Source of the DNA: Escherichia coli
GTDB lineage: Bacteria; Pseudomonadota; Gammaproteobacteria; Enterobacterales; Enterobacteriaceae
Reading direction: 5' to 3' (one strand)
NCBI RefSeq assembly: GCF_013315695.1
Contig: NZ_CP054353.1
DNA: 64,000 bases
Every line of letters begins with the position of its first letter. Within the stretch, counting starts at the first letter, position 1. This document shows positions 56,498-64,000 of this stretch, piece after piece. Under the pieces are notes generated by a model. That model was given only the letters and a program-made list of their open reading frames with translations, had not been told where the DNA came from and did no database searches. The translations under genes were made by a program, and so were the position numbers.

Positions 56498-58159
56498 ATG
56501 GATGATATTGTTAATTCTGTGCCCTCCTGGATGTTTACCGCGATTATTGCCGTATGCATTCTGTTTATTATTGGAATTATTTTCGCCAGGCTCTATCGTC
56601 GCGCTTCGGCAGAGCAAGCTTTTGTTCGTACTGGTTTAGGTGGGCAAAAAGTGGTAATGAGCGGTGGCGCAATCGTGATGCCGATCTTTCATGAAATAAT
56701 CCCCATCAATATGAATACTCTGAAGCTGGAAGTCAGCCGCTCAACCATTGATAGCCTGATTACGAAAGATCGTATGCGCGTCGATGTCGTTGTCGCTTTC
56801 TTTGTGCGGGTAAAACCGTCAGTGGAAGGTATTGCCACCGCCGCCCAGACGCTGGGGCAACGCACCCTGTCGCCTGAAGACTTACGTATGTTGGTTGAAG
56901 ATAAATTTGTCGATGCCCTCCGTGCAACAGCTGCACAAATGACCATGCATGAGTTACAGGATACCCGCGAGAACTTCGTGCAGGGCGTACAAAATACCGT
57001 TGCTGAAGATCTGTCGAAAAACGGCCTGGAACTGGAAAGCGTTTCACTTACCAACTTTAACCAGACGTCGAAAGAACATTTCAATCCTAACAACGCCTTT
57101 GACGCCGAAGGTTTAACCAAGCTGACGCAGGAGACGGAGCGCCGTCGTCGCGAACGTAACGAAGTTGAACAGGATGTAGAAGTTGCGGTGCGTGAGAAAA
57201 ACCGTGATGCGCTTTCGCGGAAGCTGGAGATTGAACAGCAAGAAGCGTTTATGACGCTTGAGCAGGAGCAGCAGGTTAAAACCCGTACCGCTGAGCAGAA
57301 TGCGAAAATTGCGGCTTTTGAAGCTGAACGTCGTCGTGAAGCAGAGCAGACGCGAATTCTGGCTGAACGACAGATTCAGGAAACAGAAATCGACCGCGAA
57401 CAGGCCGTCCGCTCAAGAAAAGTTGAAGCTGAACGTGAAGTTCGCATTAAAGAGATCGAACAACAGCAGGTCACCGAAATCGCCAACCAGACGAAATCGA
57501 TCGCTATTGCCGCCAAATCGGAACAGCAGTCACAAGCGGAAGCGCGTGCCAACCTTGCACTTGCAGAAGCGGTAAGCGCCCAGCAAAACGTAGAAACCAC
57601 TCGCCAGACCGCAGAAGCCGATCGTGCTAAACAAGTTGCCCTAATCGCTGCCGCGCAGGATGCAGAAACCAAAGCGGTTGAACTGACCGTGCGGGCGAAA
57701 GCAGAGAAAGAAGCCGCAGAGATGCAGGCGGCGGCGATCGTTGAGTTAGCCGAAGCAACACGCAAAAAAGGCCTGGCGGAAGCAGAAGCGCAACGTGCGC
57801 TGAACGACGCTATCAACGTACTTTCTGACGAGCAAACCAGCCTTAAATTCAAACTGGCCTTGTTGCAGGCGCTACCTGCGGTAATTGAGAAATCCGTGGA
57901 ACCAATGAAGTCCATTGACGGTATCAAGATTATTCAGGTCGATGGATTAAACCGAGGTGGTGCTGCGGGGGATGCGGCATCAGGCAGCGTTAGTGGCGGA
58001 AACCTGGCAGAACAGGCATTGTCTGCCGCCCTTTCTTACCGCACACAGGCACCGCTGATTGACTCCTTGCTCAATGAAATTGGCGTTTCAGGCGGCTCAC
58101 TGGCGGCATTGACTTCCCCCTTAACCTCAACAACTCCCGTCGAAGAAAAAACAGAGTAA
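56498..58159 (+). CDS. yqiK: SPFH/band-7 flotillin-like protein
   Basis: 553 aa; N-terminal TM helix, SPFH domain, long charged coiled-coil (EA-rich). Confidence 0.85.
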   Translation: MDDIVNSVPSWMFTAIIAVCILFIIGIIFARLYRRASAEQAFVRTGLGGQKVVMSGGAIVMPIFHEIIPINMNTLKLEVSRSTIDSLITKDRMRVDVVVAFFVRVKPSVEGIATAAQTLGQRTLSPEDLRMLVEDKFVDALRATAAQMTMHELQDTRENFVQGVQNTVAEDLSKNGLELESVSLTNFNQTSKEHFNPNNAFDAEGLTKLTQETERRRRERNEVEQDVEVAVREKNRDALSRKLEIEQQEAFMTLEQEQQVKTRTAEQNAKIAAFEAERRREAEQTRILAERQIQETEIDREQAVRSRKVEAEREVRIKEIEQQQVTEIANQTKSIAIAAKSEQQSQAEARANLALAEAVSAQQNVETTRQTAEADRAKQVALIAAAQDAETKAVELTVRAKAEKEAAEMQAAAIVELAEATRKKGLAEAEAQRALNDAINVLSDEQTSLKFKLALLQALPAVIEKSVEPMKSIDGIKIIQVDGLNRGGAAGDAASGSVSGGNLAEQALSAALSYRTQAPLIDSLLNEIGVSGGSLAALTSPLTSTTPVEEKTE

Positions 58160-58175
58160 ACCCTCTTCTATGAAT

Positions 58176-58208
58176 AATCCCTGGCCCAAAAAGCCGGGGA
58201 TTTTTTAT
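58176..58208 (+). terminator. yqiK rho-independent terminator
   Basis: Hairpin aatccctggc...gccggggatt followed by a T-run. Confidence 0.5.
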
Positions 58209-58339
58209 ATCTGCGTTCCGCTAAAAAGTACAAATGTTCAGGTTGTTACAGCGTTTTTCGAGCCGACTCGGGGAAGAGAAAACTGCATAAGAGAAAGCAT
58301 TGCGCGGGGTCTGGCGCTCATCAACAATCGGGGAGTCAG

Positions 58340-58480
58340 CAAGGGGCTGAAACGGGAAAGCCCCTCCCGAGGAAGGGGCCTTATAGAAGGAAAGGGTTAT
58401 GATGAAGTTCGTCATCATACTGGTTGTGTTGTTACTGTTAAGTTTCCCGACTTACTAACAACTCATCAGAGGGGGGAGAA
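58340..58480 (-). ncRNA. sib: Sib-type antisense sRNA antitoxin (boundaries approximate)
   Basis: Inferred from the ibs ORF and the GC-rich hairpins on the opposite strand; no promoter or terminator mapped. Confidence 0.35.
58399..58458 (+). CDS. ibs: Ibs-type type I toxin peptide, 19 aa (MMKFVIILVVLLLLSFPTY)
   Basis: atgatgaag... ORF with a GGAAAGG RBS; hydrophobic peptide ending in FPTY; below the size cutoff of the ORF track. Confidence 0.6.
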   Translation: MMKFVIILVVLLLLSFPTY

Positions 58481-58577
58481 ATCCTCCCTTACCCTTGTTC
58501 CTTTACTTTAGGTTGAAAAAACAACAGCGTCAATAGGTCTATCCGGCACAACGCGAGAACTGTGAAGCGCTTTCCGG

Positions 58578-60011
58578 TTAGCCTTTTTTATCCTGTTGGA
58601 TCTTCTTGATAATGTTAGTGGTCGAGCAACCGTCTTCAAAGTTGAGCACCAGCACTTCGCCACCATTGGCCCAGACTTCTTTACTCCCGGCAATCTCTTC
58701 TGGTTTATAATCGCCGCCTTTCACCAGCAGGTCTGGCAGGATCCCGGCGATCAAGCGCTGCGGCGTGTCTTCTTCAAACGACACCACCCAGTCGACCGCT
58801 TCCAGTGCGCCCAGCACAATCATACGCTGTTCGAGCGGGTTAACGGGGCGGGAATCCCCTTTCAGCCGTTTGGTGGAGGCATCGCTGTTGACGGCGACAA
58901 TCAAACGGTCACCCAGTTTACGGGCATTTGCCAGATAAGAGACGTGTCCGGCGTGCAGGATGTCAAAGACGCCATTGGTCATCACCACTTTTTCACCGCG
59001 TTTACGCGCTGCCGCTACAGCAAGCTTCAGTTCCTCTTCGGTCATCACGCCAAAGCCGGTATCTGCACGTCCACGTACTGCATTTTCCAGCTCGATCGGC
59101 GAAACCGTGGATGTCCCCAGTTTGCCGACCACCACACCAGCCGCCGCATTGGCAAAGAAGCAGGCTTCTTCCAGCGAATTACCCGCTGCCAGCGTTGCCG
59201 CCAGGACACCAATCACCGTGTCGCCCGCACCGGTAACGTCATACACTTCCTGCGCCTGGGTTGGCATATGCAGCGGCGCTTTACCCGGTTGCAGCAGCGA
59301 CATACCCTGTTCGGAACGGGTCACTAACAGAGCCGAGAGTTCGTAATCGGCAATCAGTTTCATGCCGCGCTCAACAATCTCTTCTTCGGTTTTACATTTA
59401 CCGACAACAGCTTCAAATTCCGAGAGATTCGGCGTTAACAGCGTAGCGCCGCGGTAGCGCTCAAAATCGGTACCTTTTGGATCAATCAGCACCGGAACAC
59501 CCGCTTTACGCGCCAGTTGGATCATCTGCTGTACGCTTGCCAGCGCACCTTTGGCGTAGTCAGAAAGCACCAGCGCGCCAATCGAACTCAGCGCCTGATT
59601 AATCCGTTCGTGCAGCGGCTGCGGATCAACACCTTCGAAACCTTCTTCAAAATCCAGACGAATCAGCTGTTGGTTGCGGGAAAGCACCCGTAATTTGGTG
59701 ATGGTCGGATGCGTCGGTACAGAAACGAAGTCGCATTTGACGTTGACGTCGGCCAGAGATTTACTCAGCGCGCGCGCCGCATCGTCAATGCCCGTTAACC
59801 CGACCAGGCGTGCATTAGCACCGAGAGAAGCGATATTCATCGCCACGTTAGCCGCGCCGCCCGGACGTTCTTCGATGGTATTTACTTTAACCACGGGCAC
59901 CGGCGCTTCCGGCGAGATACGGCTGGTGGGACCGTACCAGTAACGATCCAGCATCACATCACCAACCACCATCACTCCTGCACGTTCAAACTCTGGCAGC
60001 GTTACTTTCAT
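58578..60011 (-). CDS. hldE: bifunctional heptose 7-phosphate kinase / heptose 1-phosphate adenylyltransferase
   Basis: 477 aa. Confidence 0.95.
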
Positions 60012-60058
60012 TCCTGTCTCCTGAGAGATTCAAAATTTGCGCGCGATAATACCATACT

Positions 60059-62899
60059 TCATTCTTCCACCAGCCACTTCTGCCAGCTTGCCCGCACCAG
60101 ATCACGCTCTGCGGTGAAGCAATCCTCCGACACATGGCCCGGCAATTCCTGTAATGCCAGATGATGAAGTTCATCGCGCAGCGTAGTGTAAGCACGGGTC
60201 AGCACCATCGCTTCCTGCTCTTCCATAATGTCGTTTTGCGCCAGCAGCTCCAGAATACGCACGTTGTCTGACCAGCGCGTTAACTTCGGTTTTTCATGAG
60301 CGTAGCGCAACACCAGATATTGGGTAATAAATTCGATATCGGTAATTCCGCCTTCATCGGCTTTGATATCAAAGCGATCGCGATGTTTATTGCCGAGATG
60401 AGCGCGCATTTTCTCGCGCATTTCCCGCACTTCCGTTTGCAGGGTTTTGCCTTCGCGCGGCAGCGTCATAATCTCCCGGCGTACTGCGTCAAAGTGCGCG
60501 GTGAGCTGCGGATCGCCGTACACTACACGCGCACGCACCAGCGCCTGATGCTCCCACGTCCAGGCCTCGTTTTTCTGATAATCAGCAAATGCTTCTGCGG
60601 ATGTCACCAGCATTCCCGCCGCCCCGGACGGACGCAGTCGAGCATCCACTTCATACAAAATGCCGGAAGAGGTTCGCGTACTGAACAGATGCATAATGCG
60701 TTGCGCCAGACGCAGATAAAACTGTCGCCCGTCGATTTCCCGCTCGCCGTCAGTCATCGCATCCATTGGGCAATCATGGAGGAAGATAAGGTCAAGATCG
60801 GAACTGTAGCCTAACTCCCAGCCGCCCAGCTTGCCGTAGCCGACCACCGCAAAACCACGGCCTTCGCGATCGTTGAGGTGATTTGGCTTACCGTAGCGGG
60901 CCACCATTTGAACCCACGCCTGCTGAACAACGGCGTCAATCATGGCTTCCGCCAGCCAGGTTAAGTGATCGCTCACTTTCATTACCGGCAGCGTACCGGC
61001 GATATCCGCTGCCGCAATGCGTAACAGTTGCGCCTGTTTGAACTGACGCAGCGCCTCAAGCTGTTGTTCTTCGTCATCTTCCGGCACGCGCAGCAAATAC
61101 TGGCGCAACTCATCACGGTAAGCATCGGTCGCCGTCGGCTGGTAGAGAGTGTTTGGATCGAGCAGTTCATCCAGCAATAACGGATAACGCGCCAGCTGGC
61201 TGGCAATCATCGGCGATGCGGCACACAGAGAAATCAAATGCTTAAGCGCCGCAGGAAATTCACTAAGCAATTCTAAATAGGTGGTGCGGGTAACAATCCC
61301 CACCAGCAAGGCCGTAATGCGCGACAGCGTGACAGCAGCGTCTTCACGTGTACAGACATCTCTTAGCAGATGTGGCATCAGATGGTCGAGCACCTGACGT
61401 CCGCGTGGCCCGATTGTGCGCTTATCCAGCTCTTTGCGGAAATCGGCAATCAGCGTCAGCACCTGTTTGCGATCGTCCTCGCTAAGATGCGCCAGCACTG
61501 GTGTAGTGTCATCTTCCTGCAACGCGTCCTGCCACAGCTCACGCCACTGTTCCGACAGCGACTCTTCCTGAGTTTCACTTTCGTCGTCGCCAATCAATTC
61601 ATTAAACACCCGGCGCACATTGGTCATATGTCCGGTCAGCGCCCCAGTCAGTTGCTGCCAGTCAGCAAAGTCCATCGCCCACGCCAGCCGCGCACGGTTA
61701 AGCTCATCAGAAGTAAGCGTCTGGGTTTGTTCGTCGTTAATGCTTTGCAGCAGGTTTTCCAGACGCCGCAGGAACAGATACGCCACTCGCAATTGTTCAG
61801 CATCGTTTTCAGAAAGCAGATGCAGCTCGGCAATAGCGCTGAGCGTTGGTAGTAAAGAGCGCGATTGCAGCGACGGCTCGCGCCCGCCGCGAATAAGCTG
61901 GAATACCTGGACGATAAATTCAATTTCACGAATGCCACCCGCGCCAAGTTTGATGTTGTCGGTCAAACCGCGCCGACGCACTTCACGGGCAATCATCCCT
62001 TTCATGTTGCGCAGCGACTGAATCACGCTGAAATCGATGTAACGACGGAAAACAAACGGGCGCAGCATCGCACGCAACTCGTTAGCATAGACGCCTTCGC
62101 TATCGCCCATAATCCGCGCCTTGACCATCGCGTAACGCTCCCAGTCGCGCCCCTGCTCCTGGTAATAATCTTCCAGTGCCGCAAAGCTCAGCACCAGCGG
62201 GCCACTTTCGCCAAACGGACGCAGTCGCATATCCACGCGATAGACGAAGCCATCCTGCGTTGGTTGATCCAGCACTTTAATCAGCCGCTGCCCCATGCGG
62301 GTAAAAAACTGGGCGTTATCCAGTTCCCGGCGTCCGCCCTGCGTACAACCATGTTCCGGCCAGGCAAAAATCAGATCGATATCTGATGAGAAATTCAGCT
62401 CCCCACCGCCCAGCTTACCCATGCCTAAAATCAGCAGCGGTTGCGCTTCGCCCTGCGCATTGCACGGCGTTCCCCATTCGCGGCAGCAGGCGTCATACAG
62501 CCAGTCACGCGCCGCAACAATCAGCGTCTCCGCCAGATGGCTGAGCTGCTGCAAAATGCTCTCTTCAGTAACCAATGCCAGCGTTTGCGCCCAGGCGATG
62601 CGCACCATAATGCGCCGCCGGAATAGCCGCAGCTCGCGCATTAACCCGGCTTCGTCACTCACATTACTGAGCGCCTCCTGCCACCATGCAGAGTAATGCT
62701 GCCATTCGTCGGCCTGCGGCGGTTGGCTTTCCAGTTCCGTCAGCCACTCTGGATGCGCAATCACGCTGTCCTGCACAAAATCACTGAAAGTAAGTACCGA
62801 CTTCGCCTGTGCGCTAAGTGATTCGTCGGCTAAAGGCTCTGGCAGCCGCTCAACAACGGTCTGCCAGTACTGCTGTAACGGTGAAGAGAGCGGCTTCAT
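60059..62899 (-). CDS. glnE: glutamine synthetase adenylyltransferase
   Basis: 946 aa from [13 protein letters not shown]...; track ORF is N-extended. Confidence 0.95.
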   Translation of the reverse strand: MKPLSSPLQQYWQTVVERLPEPLADESLSAQAKSVLTFSDFVQDSVIAHPEWLTELESQPPQADEWQHYSAWWQEALSNVSDEAGLMRELRLFRRRIMVRIAWAQTLALVTEESILQQLSHLAETLIVAARDWLYDACCREWGTPCNAQGEAQPLLILGMGKLGGGELNFSSDIDLIFAWPEHGCTQGGRRELDNAQFFTRMGQRLIKVLDQPTQDGFVYRVDMRLRPFGESGPLVLSFAALEDYYQEQGRDWERYAMVKARIMGDSEGVYANELRAMLRPFVFRRYIDFSVIQSLRNMKGMIAREVRRRGLTDNIKLGAGGIREIEFIVQVFQLIRGGREPSLQSRSLLPTLSAIAELHLLSENDAEQLRVAYLFLRRLENLLQSINDEQTQTLTSDELNRARLAWAMDFADWQQLTGALTGHMTNVRRVFNELIGDDESETQEESLSEQWRELWQDALQEDDTTPVLAHLSEDDRKQVLTLIADFRKELDKRTIGPRGRQVLDHLMPHLLRDVCTREDAAVTLSRITALLVGIVTRTTYLELLSEFPAALKHLISLCAASPMIASQLARYPLLLDELLDPNTLYQPTATDAYRDELRQYLLRVPEDDEEQQLEALRQFKQAQLLRIAAADIAGTLPVMKVSDHLTWLAEAMIDAVVQQAWVQMVARYGKPNHLNDREGRGFAVVGYGKLGGWELGYSSDLDLIFLHDCPMDAMTDGEREIDGRQFYLRLAQRIMHLFSTRTSSGILYEVDARLRPSGAAGMLVTSAEAFADYQKNEAWTWEHQALVRARVVYGDPQLTAHFDAVRREIMTLPREGKTLQTEVREMREKMRAHLGNKHRDRFDIKADEGGITDIEFITQYLVLRYAHEKPKLTRWSDNVRILELLAQNDIMEEQEAMVLTRAYTTLRDELHHLALQELPGHVSEDCFTAERDLVRASWQKWLVEE

Positions 62900-62921
62900 A
62901 AGCGATTTTATCCTTGCCTGA

Positions 62922-64000
62922 TTAACGTTTTCCGCTGTGCAACCAGAACGGTTCCTGATTGTTTGCCTCATTACGGAAATGTTCAATTTCAATGCGTTGC
63001 CCGGTCACAATAGCGTGACGCAGCCCCTGCCAGTTCTCCAGCCAGGCTTGAGCCACGACAGGATCATAGTAACCCGCCAGCAACAGTATTGAGTCAATAT
63101 CACGCGTCAGACGTGGCAACTGGTCACGGTAGCGATCGCCTAACGGCTGGCAGAAAACGCTTTTCAGTTCAGCGGCATGGCGGGAAAGATGGATATCGGC
63201 AAAGCGTTTGAAGGAATCGCTCATTTTACTCTGCGCTTTGGCATCTAAAAACGGCTGCCAGGCTTTGCTTACCAGCCATTCGGTCAACGCCAGCTTCGCC
63301 ATTGCCGTTTCGGTAGAATAGACCGCCGTCACGGCAGAAACCGCTGAAGCGATGGTCGCTTCGCATTGGGTCAGCAAATCACGTAAGTGAGTGCTCGCTT
63401 TACGCGGCACAATGCCACCGAACAGCATCAGCGTATGACGGACCAGGCCAATGGCTGCCAGCACCTGCTCTTTCGCCGCATCGTTGCCGCGTACCCACAG
63501 CTCTTCATGATACTGCCATTGCGCTAACGCCAGCTCGAGCGCCGCTTCCAGCCCCTGCTCGACATCCGCTTTTGCCGCAACATGTAAAATGGTGGTCGGT
63601 TTGATTTCACGCGCCGGATTGCCCTGCGCCAGATGATAGCCACGCGCCGCTTTGCTCAGGCTGCCCTGGCGTAATCCGGTTTGCGATACCAGTTGGTTCG
63701 CCAGTTTCAGCACCGCGCGCGTGTCGCCGCTAAGCAGTTCCAGTTCCAGCTCGCAGATAGGTTCAGCAAATTCACCCGCTTTCACTTCCCCCTGGTCGAG
63801 GGCGATTTCAATTTGGCTACCATCAACCTCTACCAGCCACTTTTCGCGATAAAAATCGGTGCTAAACAGCGGCTGCACGCGGGAAGCGAGATCGGTAGGC
63901 AATTCGCCGTTCGGCCAGACTTCCGTCGGTAACTGCGCCAGGTCGAGCGTCGGTTCGCTCAACGCCACGTTATATTCCGGGCGCTGGTGTAAGCCGCCTG
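62922..64000 (-). CDS. ygiF: inorganic triphosphatase (CYTH domain), partial: N-terminus lies beyond the window
   Basis: ORF runs off the window end; C-terminal part matches the gene next to glnE. Confidence 0.8.
   Translation of the reverse strand, partial: GGLHQRPEYNVALSEPTLDLAQLPTEVWPNGELPTDLASRVQPLFSTDFYREKWLVEVDGSQIEIALDQGEVKAGEFAEPICELELELLSGDTRAVLKLANQLVSQTGLRQGSLSKAARGYHLAQGNPAREIKPTTILHVAAKADVEQGLEAALELALAQWQYHEELWVRGNDAAKEQVLAAIGLVRHTLMLFGGIVPRKASTHLRDLLTQCEATIASAVSAVTAVYSTETAMAKLALTEWLVSKAWQPFLDAKAQSKMSDSFKRFADIHLSRHAAELKSVFCQPLGDRYRDQLPRLTRDIDSILLLAGYYDPVVAQAWLENWQGLRHAIVTGQRIEIEHFRNEANNQEPFWLHSGKR

Noticed and set aside
56689-57927. Several overlapping ORFs antisense or out of frame within yqiK
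   Set aside because: Products of the repetitive, GC-biased coiled-coil coding region; Ser/Ala/Arg-rich low-complexity translations.
58170-58511. 113-aa ORF spanning the yqiK-hldE spacer
   Set aside because: Runs across a terminator and the ibs/sib locus in a different frame from the 19-codon toxin ORF; no RBS; Ser/Arg/Gly-rich; the real feature is the small toxin and its antisense RNA.
58596-59327. 243-aa ORF on the plus strand (and 58928..59346)
   Set aside because: Antisense to hldE; no independent support.

Overview
This window reads as an Escherichia coli-type chromosomal segment matching, from memory, the K-12 interval yghW-gpr-yqhA-yghA-exbDB-metC-yghB-yqhCD-dkgA-ygiQ ... parE-tolC-ribB-yqiJK-hldE-glnE-ygiF. 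All comparisons to K-12 are recollection, not a database search. The conserved backbone is interrupted by three accessory blocks and one rearrangement. (1) A roughly 5.6 kb sugar-acid-type module lies between ygiQ and the parC block: a GntR regulator, three dehydrogenases and a TRAP transporter that is gutted by IS1. (2) Two identical IS1 copies in inverted orientation bracket an inverted parC-plsC-ftsP segment; the 9-bp target duplication is split between them, and the last ten codons of ygiS now sit about 5.9 kb from the rest of the gene. (3) An iron-siderophore-type uptake locus lies between ygiN and parE: an RpiR/SIS regulator, a binding protein, two permeases, an ATPase and a divergent TonB-dependent receptor. 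(4) An assT-dsbL-dsbI block with a very AT-rich leader lies between ygiC and ygiD. A 19-codon Ibs-type toxin ORF, too short for the six-frame track, sits in the yqiK-hldE spacer, and an FMN riboswitch precedes ribB. No CRISPR array, tRNA, rRNA, integrase or recognisable defence system was found. I did not find a convincingly new biological system; the rearrangement and the accessory blocks are the most informative features.
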